Origin: a virus | Length of the DNA stretch: 64,000 bases | Virus record (IMG/VR): IMGVR_UViG_3300047557_002984 | Span: 10,322 to 74,321 of that record | Direction: 5' to 3' (one strand) | Shown: positions 34,893 to 44,381 of the stretch, in pieces | Layout: every line of letters begins with the position of its first letter | Numbering within the stretch: position 1 is the stretch's first letter | Made by a program: the position numbers and the translations under genes | Notes under the pieces: model-generated | Told to the model about the DNA's origin: nothing | What the model saw: only the letters and a program-made list of their open reading frames with translations | The model's database searches: none

Positions 34893-35219
34893 CTTATACT
34901 GCGAAATCTAGTATTGCGTCAATATATAAAATCACAAGTCTCATAGAAAAATCAGTAATTGCGCAACGGATTCCGTTTGGTGTATTTACTCTGTCGTTTC
35001 CTCAGTGCAGATTAATGCCCCAAAGATATTCCATAAGCTAGTAATCCTGCCTTAGTTCCTTACCGCGCGCGGTAGGGAATGCCCCTCGTGTGCCCGCTCT
35101 CCGATCTTCCCTGCTTTGACCGTATCCGAGCGCAGAATTGCCTCTTCTTCGTGGATCACAAAAAATCACAGTGGTTGTTATTTTTTTATATTGACTCTAT
35201 ATCGGCCTTGTTGTATTCT
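34893..35219. promoter_or_regulatory. divergent early promoter region
   Basis: Minus TTGACG-N18-TATAAG (34922-34893); plus TTGACT-N17-TATTCT (35191-35219); AT-rich; gene polarity switches here. Confidence 0.75.
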
Positions 35220-35362
35220 CCTTTTCGTAGTCGAGAGCGCGGGGACGGCGACGGTGAACCTGTTGACCCGTACCCAATCGGCGAGGCTTAGCCCAATCCC
35301 CACACCCGCGCAGACTACAGGTGAAAGGTGCCCCGGATTCTTGCGGTTAAAGAGGTGGCCTT

Positions 35363-35857
35363 ATGCGGACGATGCAACAGTTGGAAGACGATCTTTTGAT
35401 TCAGGAAGCGCAACGGTTCACGAAGCTGGCCAAGAGTGCGATTGACGCACTCAACGCGGACGATGCTTACCAATTCGCCAGAAAAGCGGCGGCGCTCTGG
35501 CAGCAGGTCAACACGGTTCGCCTCGCGGTGAACGCGCTGGACGCGCTGGACGCGGCGAAAGTGGAAGCGACGCAGGCGGACGCCCGCGAGATCGTGATCG
35601 AAGCGACGTCGCGCGGTTATCGCACGCGCTTCCCGTTCAAGCCCAGCGATAGCGCGATTCGCGGTTTCCATCAGGCTGGGATGGCTTGGCAGGGGTCGCA
35701 ACGCGACGTTTACTGGACGATTCCAGCAGGCAAGCTGGAATTGGCGCAAGACATCATCCGCTACTGGTGGGAGGAAGACCGGGGCGACAAACAGAACCGC
35801 CACAATTGCGCGCCTTACGTGGTGCGCGTGGCAGTGGAAGAAAGAAAGGCGGCGTAA
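35363..35857 (+). CDS. early hypothetical protein
   Basis: GAGGTG RBS; first rightward gene. Confidence 0.75.
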   Translation: MRTMQQLEDDLLIQEAQRFTKLAKSAIDALNADDAYQFARKAAALWQQVNTVRLAVNALDALDAAKVEATQADAREIVIEATSRGYRTRFPFKPSDSAIRGFHQAGMAWQGSQRDVYWTIPAGKLELAQDIIRYWWEEDRGDKQNRHNCAPYVVRVAVEERKAA

Positions 35858-36135
35858 TGAATTTTATTGAGCTGTATTTTGACGCGCCGGAGCCAGAAAC
35901 CTCCGTACCGCTAAATGTACAAGGCTTCGCGCCGCTACTGCCTAATTGTCCTGTATGCGGGGAAGAAATGATGCCATGGGGTAAGCGCAATTGGCGCAGG
36001 CGCGGAGAGGCTTCTTACGTATGCAGGGCCACTCACGAGAGAGCGGACAAGCTTTGGCGGGAAAGCGACCTGACTGAAGTGGAAGCTGCCGTAAAGACGG
36101 CAAAGCAAAAAAGTGACGACGAGTGCCCATTTTAG
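35857..36135 (+). CDS. zinc-ribbon protein
   Basis: CPVCG...YVC; TAATG coupling. Confidence 0.6.
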   Translation: MNFIELYFDAPEPETSVPLNVQGFAPLLPNCPVCGEEMMPWGKRNWRRRGEASYVCRATHERADKLWRESDLTEVEAAVKTAKQKSDDECPF

Positions 36136-36167
36136 CCTGGCTCATCAAACTTGGTAAGGAGATTGAT

Positions 36168-36491
36168 ATGAACGCGAAGCAACCAACACCGGAACCTTGG
36201 GCGGTGAATCCGATCAATCCCACCTTCGTGAATGGCCCGCCCGGCTTCAATCACGATTCGGATGGCGATTGGGCAATTTGCCAAACGTTCGGGCCTGACG
36301 CGGAGGCGAATGCTGTGCTGATCGCCGCGTCGCGCGACATGTTGGCGGCGCTGGAAATGGTCAGCGATGAGCTCCACCACCGCGCCAGCGGTAATGATGG
36401 GGAAAGTCGCTATGAATGCGCCGGAGCGGGACACTGCCCGAAATGTACTGTAGACGCTGCAATCGCAAAAGCCAAAGGAGAAACATGCTAA
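36168..36491 (+). CDS. conserved phage protein (TPxPW...ANAxLIAA family)
   Basis: TPEPW, EANAVLIAASRDMLAAL, AAIAKAKG. Confidence 0.75.
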   Translation: MNAKQPTPEPWAVNPINPTFVNGPPGFNHDSDGDWAICQTFGPDAEANAVLIAASRDMLAALEMVSDELHHRASGNDGESRYECAGAGHCPKCTVDAAIAKAKGETC

Positions 36492-36730
36492 CCACACGCA
36501 CACCACGCACGCAATTTGGCTGGGTGGCCACGGATGAAGTGACCGGCGCATATCTGCTGCCGCTCACGTATTGGCAAGGCGCGCAGCCACCCCGCTACCT
36601 GCTGGCGCTGCCGGTAGACGGCGACGTAATGAACCACGACGCGCGACGCTACGCCACGATCAGCGCACCAACGCTGGAAAGCGCGATGCGGGCGGCGGAT
36701 GGCGTAGTGAAGAAGTGGAGGACGCAATGA
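36485..36730 (+). CDS. hypothetical protein
   Basis: AAGGAG RBS. Confidence 0.6.
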   Translation: MLTTRTPRTQFGWVATDEVTGAYLLPLTYWQGAQPPRYLLALPVDGDVMNHDARRYATISAPTLESAMRAADGVVKKWRTQ

Positions 36731-37089
36731 GCATTGTTTTGAACCCAACAGATCACCCGGCGGGCACGGAGTTCATCCATGCAAGGGAAGGCCAGATGGT
36801 TAGCGACGCAATTACGCGCTGGTCAGAGGGCGGACGGCTGCAAATCAGATCAAAAGGGTCGCTCTATTGGTTTTTTCCCGCAGGTGTGGAAGTGCTGGAA
36901 ATCCTGCCCCCATCGCCAACGCCAAGCACGTCAGTGGACTTCGCGGAGCTTGTTGATGCGTGCCGGTCGCTGGACGCGGAGCTTCTCGACGAGTACGACA
37001 GCGAGGCGGTCAACGCGGCGCTCCATCGCATCCGCGCCATTGTGGGCAGATGCGTCAAGATGCCCCAGGAAGGTGGCACCAATGAGTAA
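36727..37089 (+). CDS. hypothetical protein
   Basis: GGAGG RBS, ATGA overlap. Confidence 0.65.
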   Translation: MSIVLNPTDHPAGTEFIHAREGQMVSDAITRWSEGGRLQIRSKGSLYWFFPAGVEVLEILPPSPTPSTSVDFAELVDACRSLDAELLDEYDSEAVNAALHRIRAIVGRCVKMPQEGGTNE

Positions 37090-37477
37090 GGAAAAAGACT
37101 TGCTCGCGGAAATCGAGCTCCAAGAGGCAGTAATCGCGGAGGCAACCGAGCGCCTGGAAGCGCTGCGCGTGGAGGTTTACGCATTGCAACTTGTAGCCCG
37201 TCACAACAAGAAGCCAACGGCTGCGATGTTGGACGTGCTGGCCAAACTCGCGGCGGGCGATGCTGTGTGTCGTTTCGTTGGCACTCGGAACTGGAAGTCG
37301 TATTACAGGCTTCTTAGTACAGATGATCGCGTACCAACGTCCGCTATAGACGGACTGAGAGAGCGCGAATGTATCCAATGGCGAACCGAAGAGCGCGCCA
37401 GCCAAGTCGCCCGCATCACAGACCACGGGCGCGCAGTGCTTGCCAAGCACCAGAAAGGTGGCGGCGATGCCCAATGA
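37082..37477 (+). CDS. hypothetical protein (wHTH-like C-terminus)
   Basis: L.ERE.I...ARITDHGRAVL. Confidence 0.65.
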   Translation: MSKEKDLLAEIELQEAVIAEATERLEALRVEVYALQLVARHNKKPTAAMLDVLAKLAAGDAVCRFVGTRNWKSYYRLLSTDDRVPTSAIDGLRERECIQWRTEERASQVARITDHGRAVLAKHQKGGGDAQ

Positions 37478-37823
37478 GTTTTACATCGTCAACTCCGCCA
37501 CCGGGCGCATCGTGGACGGCTTCCCGTCGTTCGCGGAAGCGGAGCGCGAATGCGCGTGGTGGTGCGAGCAGCGCCAGCAGATGTACGTCGTGCGGGAACT
37601 GCCCGCACTGAGCTTCCACGAAATGCTGGCGCACAACCGCCGCATGATGGTCGCTCACACTCACAAGTGCCTTAATCCTAACTGTAACATCGTCTTCACC
37701 TGTGACAGCTATATATGCCGCTCCCTAGAGCAGGCCACAGGCGTGGCGTCATCCAATAGAAGGGCAACCTGCGATGAATGCTTAAGGTTTGGCCCACGAA
37801 CGGCGCTTCGCCGTCACCACTAA
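37467..37823 (+). CDS. hypothetical Cys-rich protein
   Basis: Coupled ORF with CLNPNC and CDEC. Confidence 0.55.
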   Translation: MPNEFYIVNSATGRIVDGFPSFAEAERECAWWCEQRQQMYVVRELPALSFHEMLAHNRRMMVAHTHKCLNPNCNIVFTCDSYICRSLEQATGVASSNRRATCDECLRFGPRTALRRHH

Positions 37824-38001
37824 GTCGGCGGAGTCGCTTTTAACAGTGCCCTTAACCCACCGACCCCCAAGGTGGTGGATATGTCAGATCAACCAATGAG
37901 CGAGCGCCGCGCGGAAATGCTGAGAGCGGCGCTGGCAATGAAAGACCAGTTTTGGATTGAGATTTTTGCAGGCGTGGACAGCGAAAGCGAGGAATCCCCC
38001 A

Positions 38002-38187
38002 ATGAGTAAAGCCAAATTGATCAAGCTGGGCACGCAAGAGAAGCCGCTTGACCAGCGCATCGTGAAACCGCAACCCGCGCAGCGGATCACGGCGGCAACG
38101 GTGGCGCAGTGGGTGAAAGAGCGCGAGGGCCAAGCAATCAAGGCGCGCACGGCCTGGAATGCGCTGTTTGTGGAGGTGCAGAAATGA
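38002..38187 (+). CDS. hypothetical protein
   Basis: Coupled small ORF. Confidence 0.55.
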   Translation: MSKAKLIKLGTQEKPLDQRIVKPQPAQRITAATVAQWVKEREGQAIKARTAWNALFVEVQK

Positions 38188-38336
38188 GCACCACGAGCAG
38201 CGACGCGCTGAAACCGGCGCAGACTCACGCAGAGCGCCGGAAGGCGGAATACGAAGCCAAGCGCGCGGCAGATCGCCAAGCGCAACTCGAAAGAAACGCG
38301 GAAATCCGCGCGCAGTGGAAAGGGGCAGACCAATGA
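38184..38336 (+). CDS. hypothetical protein
   Basis: GGAGG RBS, ATGA overlaps. Confidence 0.55.
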   Translation: MSTTSSDALKPAQTHAERRKAEYEAKRAADRQAQLERNAEIRAQWKGADQ

Positions 38337-38608
38337 TCAAACGGATTATCCGCTGGGAAGCAGGCGGGATTAAATTCGCCCGTGGCTACATCTTTGGCAA
38401 TTACGGCTGGTCGGTCGCTGACTACGCCAAGCTGGTCAAGCAGGCGAAGCAAGACTTTCCCGGTCTAACCGATGACAACATCGAACCGGGCAAGGTAGTC
38501 AAGTCCACCTACATGAACAAGTTCAAGGTGGTTTCGTTCCCGCTGGAACCAACGCAGGCACACCCAGACTACGAAGTCTGCGATAAGTGGGACTTTGAAC
38601 TCGCATAA
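38333..38608 (+). CDS. hypothetical protein
   Basis: ATGA overlap; protein-like composition. Confidence 0.65.
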   Translation: MIKRIIRWEAGGIKFARGYIFGNYGWSVADYAKLVKQAKQDFPGLTDDNIEPGKVVKSTYMNKFKVVSFPLEPTQAHPDYEVCDKWDFELA

Positions 38609-38621
38609 CGGAGGCCGACCA

Positions 38622-38825
38622 ATGAAAGCCGCAACCATACGTCGCATTGATCGCTACGTAAGTCTTTACCGCAACCTGCGCGCTCGTGTGGATGCGCTGT
38701 GCGCCAGTGCGCAAGAGGTTGCTTGGCGCAATCTCGGCAAACTGTTTCTCGCGTTGGTGCGCACCTTCGGCAACGGGCCGGACGCAGCCAGCGCGGCAAT
38801 GTGGATGCTAGGCGTCAGTAGATGA
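38622..38825 (+). CDS. hypothetical protein
   Basis: GGAGG RBS. Confidence 0.55.
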   Translation: MKAATIRRIDRYVSLYRNLRARVDALCASAQEVAWRNLGKLFLALVRTFGNGPDAASAAMWMLGVSR

Positions 38826-38839
38826 AGGAGGGAAAGACG

Positions 38840-39016
38840 ATGACACCGACTCAACACGAATTTCCGGCAGCGCATCCCGCGCGGCGGATGCTGCGCTTGG
38901 CGGCAATGCAGCGCGCCAGGCTGATCAATACCGCCCAATGCGCCGAGCGCACCGCGCGGTACGAGCAAGCGATTGAGTCATTGAAGGCGCAGGCCAACAT
39001 AGCAAAGGCGGCATAG
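38840..39016 (+). CDS. hypothetical protein
   Basis: AGGAGG upstream. Confidence 0.5.
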   Translation: MTPTQHEFPAAHPARRMLRLAAMQRARLINTAQCAERTARYEQAIESLKAQANIAKAA

Positions 39017-39230
39017 ATGCAACCACCGAACACACAAGGCCGCTTCCTCGGCGTCGTGCTGGCATTCGTCGCCCTCGTTGCGCTGTGCGCTCTTGCCGCG
39101 TGGCGAGGCCATCAAGACGGAATTCAAGGGGCCATCCAGCGCCCATCGCAACACACCATCGGGCGCTAACCGGCGCGGGGCTGAAATGAGGCGGCCCCGC
39201 GCACTCAATAAACCAAGAAAGGAAAATGCA

Positions 39231-39434
39231 ATGTCATCATCATCTGGAAACACTGGCGGCATCGGGCTGGCTGGCGCGTTTGGGCTGCTATTCATCGGAT
39301 TGAAACTTGGCGGCGTGATCGCGTGGTCTTGGCTGTGGGTGCTGTCCCCGTTCTGGATTCCGCTGGCGATCTCCGCTGTGATTCTTTTGGTCGCGGGCGT
39401 CATTGCGATTGTTGGAGCATTGGCGCGCGGCTAG
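39231..39434 (+). CDS. conserved small phage membrane protein
   Basis: GGIG...LFIGLKLGGVIAWSWLWVLSPFWIP. Confidence 0.8.
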   Translation: MSSSSGNTGGIGLAGAFGLLFIGLKLGGVIAWSWLWVLSPFWIPLAISAVILLVAGVIAIVGALARG

Positions 39435-39584
39435 AAATTTATCGCTGATCCTGAAAGGAGGTGAACCGGCACAGAAAGACTGTTAGTTGATCGCAAGCTG
39501 AAACAACCGGGCGGCTGGCAACGGTCGCCCGAAGAAAGAACACACTCCACCCGCTAGGAGTAGGTAGCGGGAGACAAGGGAAGT

Positions 39585-39992
39585 ATGAGCGAGCAAGTAA
39601 AGCAAGTAACGGAACGCCCCGCATATGGGCGTCCAATTCAGGAAATCGTTGCAGATTTGGCGGCTGAAATTCCAGCCAAGATGCTGGCAACCAAGACTCT
39701 CAAAGGCAAAGAGATCACCTATCTTCCGTGGTATCGCGCCGCGCGAATGCTGGATTACTACGCGCCTGGATGGCAGTACGAAATCCGCGACATTAAGCCT
39801 GTTGGTGCGCAATGCGTGATCATCGTTCGCCTTTCCATTCCGGCAGCGGAAGGAACTTTTTACCGTGAAGCCACGGGGATCGAAGAAGAGAATGTTTCAG
39901 GATACGGCGACCCGACATCTAACGCCGAATCAATGGCGTTGCGCCGTGCCGCTGCGAAGTTCGGCTTAGGCCGTTACCTGTACGAGAAATAA
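39585..39992 (+). CDS. Rad52/Rad22 (Sak-like) single-strand annealing protein
   Basis: ITYLPW, APGW, REATG, YGDPTSNAESMALRRAAAKFGLGRYLY; next to ssb. Confidence 0.88.
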   Translation: MSEQVKQVTERPAYGRPIQEIVADLAAEIPAKMLATKTLKGKEITYLPWYRAARMLDYYAPGWQYEIRDIKPVGAQCVIIVRLSIPAAEGTFYREATGIEEENVSGYGDPTSNAESMALRRAAAKFGLGRYLYEK

Positions 39993-40001
39993 GGAGGAAC
40001 C

Positions 40002-40460
40002 ATGGCTTCATTCAACAAGATCGTAATTGTGGGCTATCTGGGCCGCGATCCTGAAATCCGCTACACGCCGCAAGGGATGGCGGTTTGCAGCTTCAGCATT
40101 GCGACCACCGAACGCCGGAAAGATAAGTCTGGCGAGTTTCAGGATCAGACAACGTGGTTTCGCGTTACGTGTTGGGGGAAACAGGCAGAGTTCGTCAATG
40201 AACGCCTGCAAAAAGGCAATCAGGTGTACGTGGAAGGCCGGTTGACGCAATCGGAATACACGGACAAGGACGGCAACACCCGCACATCACTAGAGGTCAA
40301 TGCCTCCGACGTGCAACTGCTGGAACGCGCGCAGAAGGCCGATGACGAAGGCCAACCGAACGCCCGGAACGCGGCAGCAATGACCGCGCAGCGACCGGCG
40401 CAAGCGGCACGGCCAACAGGCAAATTCAGCGGAGCGGATGAGAGTGATATCCCGTTCTGA
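40002..40460 (+). CDS. ssb: single-stranded DNA-binding protein
   Basis: NKIVIVGYLGRDPE, TTWFRV, KG.QVYVEGRL, DIPF tail. Confidence 0.96.
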   Translation: MASFNKIVIVGYLGRDPEIRYTPQGMAVCSFSIATTERRKDKSGEFQDQTTWFRVTCWGKQAEFVNERLQKGNQVYVEGRLTQSEYTDKDGNTRTSLEVNASDVQLLERAQKADDEGQPNARNAAAMTAQRPAQAARPTGKFSGADESDIPF

Positions 40461-40522
40461 TCGCACCACGACAAACGCGCGGCGGCACGCCCCCGCCGTC
40501 GCGCACAAAGGAGGGAGCCACA

Positions 40523-40759
40523 ATGCCACAGCCCACGCTAACTGACGCCATCAATGCCGTGCTTGCCATTGCGCAACGCGAAAGCCCGCGCGCACGGATC
40601 ATCTTGCACCAACTAGCGGCGGCACTGAACAACCCCGCCCGCTTGTCTGCGCTGGCCAGCCTGTGCGCCAACGCGAGCGCAGTGCAGGTGCAGATTGGCG
40701 AGGTCAATGCGGCGGAAACCGGAGACGATTGGCCGACGGGAAAACATTGGAGCGCGTAA
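40523..40759 (+). CDS. hypothetical protein
   Basis: GGAG RBS. Confidence 0.6.
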   Translation: MPQPTLTDAINAVLAIAQRESPRARIILHQLAAALNNPARLSALASLCANASAVQVQIGEVNAAETGDDWPTGKHWSA

Positions 40760-41052
40760 TGGACACCTTAGACACCGCCGCCAACCTTGCCGCCGTGGAA
40801 CGCGCCGTTGCGGGCGTGCGCTGGCATCAAGACGATTCGCCCTTGGAATACATCAAAGCGAAGGGCGGCAAAATCATGATGTTCAAGGTAGGGCTAGCGG
40901 CGGATGAGTATGTTGACAAGTACCGCTGCCGGATGGCGGTGGTGTGGCCAGATAATCGAGGCGCGGCGCAGACATACGGCGACACTGTGCAAGATGCGGT
41001 TATGGTCGCCTTGATTAAACTGGCAATCTTTCACGGATGGAGATCCGACTAA
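40759..41052 (+). CDS. hypothetical protein
   Basis: TAATG coupling. Confidence 0.6.
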   Translation: MDTLDTAANLAAVERAVAGVRWHQDDSPLEYIKAKGGKIMMFKVGLAADEYVDKYRCRMAVVWPDNRGAAQTYGDTVQDAVMVALIKLAIFHGWRSD

Positions 41053-41155
41053 TGCGCCGCCTGACATTCGCCATTCTATTCGCGCTCGCCTTACTGCTGG
41101 CCAGCTACGGCGGCTGCCAGTTTGGCGCGCACGTCGCAACGGAAAGGGAAGAACG

Positions 41156-41578
41156 ATGACCAACGAAACACGCGAGCGAGATATTTACTTGGCAAAGGCG
41201 ATGGGCTGGCGGTACGTGCCGCCGGGGCCGGAGACGGCAGAAATGTATGGTGAGGGCGTCCACTGCCTGCGCGATCCTGAGGGGCGATTCTGGCCCTGGC
41301 CGTCGCCTTGGGCGAAAACTGAGGATGAGACGTGGACGCACTTAGCCCCTGATTTTCACGAATGGGAAAGCGCGAAGGCGAAGCTGCTCCGCTGGTTGGC
41401 GGCGGATGAGGCGCGGTTCGAGGCGTTCTATAACGAGATAGACGCGGTCTACGACGAAACTGACTGCGAGAACCAATTTAGCGTTGTAAGTTGGTCGCGC
41501 TTCCTGCTCACGCTAACCCCGGCGCAGGTCGCAGAGGCAGCGGAGAAGGCGCTGCGAGGGATGGAGGGAAAAAGCTAA
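41156..41578 (+). CDS. ABA-sandwich-like hypothetical protein
   Basis: DIYLAKAMGW...PDF...TPAQVAEAA. Confidence 0.65.
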   Translation: MTNETRERDIYLAKAMGWRYVPPGPETAEMYGEGVHCLRDPEGRFWPWPSPWAKTEDETWTHLAPDFHEWESAKAKLLRWLAADEARFEAFYNEIDAVYDETDCENQFSVVSWSRFLLTLTPAQVAEAAEKALRGMEGKS

Positions 41579-41823
41579 TGAACATCACGCCTGAGCAAAT
41601 CCGCTATGGGCGTGGATTCACTTTTCATCTCAAACTGGAAGTGCTGGTTGAGCAGTGCTTGACCTGCTTTGAAACACAATGGAGCGCGCCGACATTCGAT
41701 TGCCGGTGGCATCGCTTCGAGAAACGTTTTATGCAGACGGCTGACGCCGAAGCGCCGACGCTGGAAAACGCGTTGCGCAAGCTGGAAGCGGTCAGCGCGA
41801 TGGAGCAAAGGAGGGCTGCGTGA
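41578..41823 (+). CDS. hypothetical protein
   Basis: GGAGG RBS, TAATG coupling. Confidence 0.6.
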   Translation: MNITPEQIRYGRGFTFHLKLEVLVEQCLTCFETQWSAPTFDCRWHRFEKRFMQTADAEAPTLENALRKLEAVSAMEQRRAA

Positions 41824-42188
41824 GCTATAACATAGACACTTGGAAAACGAAAAAACTGATTGATTTGAAGATTCCGCTCAGTGCTTTCTATAAGCACCCA
41901 CGCGCGGACTGGCATCCAGAAATTAAGAAAAAGGATGGTAAAACTTTCGTGCTTGTTTGCGGGTGCGATCAAGAAATTCTTGGCGAGGTTGAGGACGGGA
42001 TTTTGTCCGTAGTGGTAGTAAACATGGCGGGCGAAGGATCGGGCACTTTTTACAAATGGATACTTGAGCCTGCTTTGTCGGAATCCACCGGAGAGCTTGA
42101 GGCCGTGCTAGTCTGGGAAGGCGGTGATTCTATTTCCAGGCTTACCGTAAAAGACGGTAAGGTTGAAAACAAGGAAATTGACCTGTAA
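41820..42188 (+). CDS. hypothetical protein
   Basis: GGAGG RBS, GTGA overlap. Confidence 0.7.
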   Translation: MSYNIDTWKTKKLIDLKIPLSAFYKHPRADWHPEIKKKDGKTFVLVCGCDQEILGEVEDGILSVVVVNMAGEGSGTFYKWILEPALSESTGELEAVLVWEGGDSISRLTVKDGKVENKEIDL

Positions 42189-42201
42189 GGAGGGCAGCAT
42201 A

Positions 42202-42450
42202 ATGATTACCAGCAAAGTCATCAGTGCATCATTGAGCGAAGGCGACAGGGTAATTCTTGGCCACGTTAAACGAGTCACCGACGGCCTCGCTTTTCCTGTT
42301 GATTGCTCGCACTGCAAGGATGCCGGAACAGAGAACCCCGTCATTGACTCAATCACGGAACTGGGCGGCATTGATTTGAATACGAATTTACCTATTTGTC
42401 AGGGCTGCGCCGAAGCCGAGGCCGACGAAGCCGAGTATATTCACTGGTAG
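42202..42450 (+). CDS. zinc-binding hypothetical protein
   Basis: CSHC...CQGC; AAGGAGG RBS. Confidence 0.65.
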   Translation: MITSKVISASLSEGDRVILGHVKRVTDGLAFPVDCSHCKDAGTENPVIDSITELGGIDLNTNLPICQGCAEAEADEAEYIHW

Positions 42451-42452
42451 TT

Positions 42453-43346
42453 ATGAAAAACCAAGCCCTTGCCATAGTTCAATTGCCTGCGCTCGCACAG
42501 CGCTTTACGTCTGCCACGTCTGATGACGATCTGGTAGATAGCTGGATACGCGTTAAAGGCTCAAGAAGCACGCACACGCGCGACGCCTACGGAAAGATCG
42601 CTGCTGATTTCCTAACGTTTGCTGGCTGCCCGCTGTCACAGGTCACAATTGATCGGCTGCAAGATTACGCGGACTCGTTAAAGGAATATTCCGCCGCGAC
42701 GCAACGCCAGCGCATCTTTGCCGTCAAGAGCTTGCTGAGCTATGGGCAAAAAACCGGCTATTTGCAATTCAACGTTGGCGCGGCACTGCAAGCGCCCGCC
42801 GCGAAAAATGAACTGGCGCAGCGCTTCCTGAGCGAAACAGACATCTTCAAGTTGATCGAGTCCGAGACAAATACGCGAAATCGTTTGTTGCTTCGATTGC
42901 TGTACGTGAGCGGCGCGCGCATTAGCGAGGCGCTGGCGCTGCGCTGGTCTGATCTGACGCCGCGCGAAAACGGCGGACAGGTGACGATCTTTGGCAAAGG
43001 CAGCAAAACCCGGCAAGTCTTAATTCCGGGTAAGTTGTGGGATGACCTGCAATTGGTGCGCGGGGAAGACGACGCGCCGGTGTTTACGTCGCCACGTTCA
43101 GACGGCAAGCCGTTGTGCCGCAAGTCTGGCTGGTACATCGTCAAGCAAGCGGTCAAGCGTGCCGGGATTAACTGGAAGGCATCTTGCCAGTGGTTGCGGC
43201 ACGCACACGCGACGCACGCATTAAAGCGCCACGCGGACATTAAGCTTGTCAGCGCGACGCTGGGGCATTCAAACGTTTCGGTTACAAACGTCTACTTAGA
43301 CGCGCAACCGGGCGAAAGCTCGTCAACATTTTTAATGGGAGTGTAA
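42453..43346 (+). CDS. tyrosine recombinase (XerC/D-like, no arm-binding domain)
   Basis: SGARISE, GKGSK.R, QWLRHAHAT, LGHS...T..Y. Confidence 0.92.
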   Translation: MKNQALAIVQLPALAQRFTSATSDDDLVDSWIRVKGSRSTHTRDAYGKIAADFLTFAGCPLSQVTIDRLQDYADSLKEYSAATQRQRIFAVKSLLSYGQKTGYLQFNVGAALQAPAAKNELAQRFLSETDIFKLIESETNTRNRLLLRLLYVSGARISEALALRWSDLTPRENGGQVTIFGKGSKTRQVLIPGKLWDDLQLVRGEDDAPVFTSPRSDGKPLCRKSGWYIVKQAVKRAGINWKASCQWLRHAHATHALKRHADIKLVSATLGHSNVSVTNVYLDAQPGESSSTFLMGV

Positions 43347-43347
43347 A

Positions 43348-43581
43348 ATGGTTCGGTATTTTTGCGATCAATGCAGTCTGGAAATAAAAGAGTCAGAGAC
43401 GAGGGAAAGAAACCCTCTTCACCGCCTGACAGTAACAATTGGAAAGGGCGATAAGACGTTGACTGTTGAGGTCGTTGAATCCAAAGACGGCGTTGCCAAT
43501 GCTGGTCATTTTTGCCGCTATTGCGTAATTGACGCAATAAACAAATTGGATGATAGACCGCGCGAGTTGAGACATAACTAG
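43348..43581 (+). CDS. zinc-binding hypothetical protein
   Basis: CDQC...CRYC. Confidence 0.65.
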   Translation: MVRYFCDQCSLEIKESETRERNPLHRLTVTIGKGDKTLTVEVVESKDGVANAGHFCRYCVIDAINKLDDRPRELRHN

Positions 43582-43604
43582 ACTTATGGAGACACGGAGA
43601 CGGT

Positions 43605-43916
43605 ATGAAACTTGAACTTCTCACCCCCGATGAACTCACGCCCGATGAGGTTGCATCGCTTAGCGAGCAAGGCGTTGGCATGGATGACTGGGATTACCTA
43701 ATCCTTGCGCCATTGGATGCCGTATCGGTTAGAACAACGCGACGCGATGACTGGAATTGGGAGACAGGGCGCGAAGAGTCGCGTGATGTAGAGGAAATCT
43801 GCCCCAATGAATACCTTCTTGAGCGTCTGCTTGTCGGCTGCTGCGCAAATGTTTGGTATCAGGCACGCTTGCGCAGCGATGACAAGCGCGCCATAGGGGT
43901 GGCGTACCACGCTTGA
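43605..43916 (+). CDS. acidic hypothetical protein
   Basis: GGAG RBS; ends GVAYHA. Confidence 0.7.
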   Translation: MKLELLTPDELTPDEVASLSEQGVGMDDWDYLILAPLDAVSVRTTRRDDWNWETGREESRDVEEICPNEYLLERLLVGCCANVWYQARLRSDDKRAIGVAYHA

Positions 43917-43962
43917 TTGAGCCGGGACAACCTGGGAGCATTTTTTAGATGGACGTTAAATT

Positions 43963-44181
43963 ATGGCCAACAAGTACAAGCACTTTTCCCACGCTGCCCA
44001 ACGTGAGCGCCGGAAGTGGCAAGCTTGCTTGCGGAAGCGCGCATACGAGGAAGCCGCGCACCAATCCGGGCAGGTACATTACCGGTGCTCGTACTGCGGC
44101 AAATGGCATCGCAGCGGACAACTGACCACGCTTATTGCAACAATCCGGCGTGCGCTAACCAGCGGGAGAAAATGGACATGA
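43963..44181 (+). CDS. small zinc-finger protein
   Basis: C..K..Y...YRCSYCGKWH. Confidence 0.6.
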   Translation: MANKYKHFSHAAQRERRKWQACLRKRAYEEAAHQSGQVHYRCSYCGKWHRSGQLTTLIATIRRALTSGRKWT

Positions 44182-44381
44182 ACCAGGATACACACCAAAA
44201 CTTAGACGAATCCTTAGCGGCTGCCTGCAAAGAGTGGCTAAAAGGCTGTACGTGCGCGCCTGCGGATGCGCCGCAACAGTGCGCGGAGTGTACCAACGCG
44301 TTTCTGGAATCGCTGGTGCATCGCGCGCAACAATTAGGACTGCCTGTTGGAGAGAATGCAATCAATGGCACACCTCGCTAA
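44178..44381 (+). CDS. small Cys protein
   Basis: EWLKGCTC...CAECT. Confidence 0.55.
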   Translation: MNQDTHQNLDESLAAACKEWLKGCTCAPADAPQQCAECTNAFLESLVHRAQQLGLPVGENAINGTPR

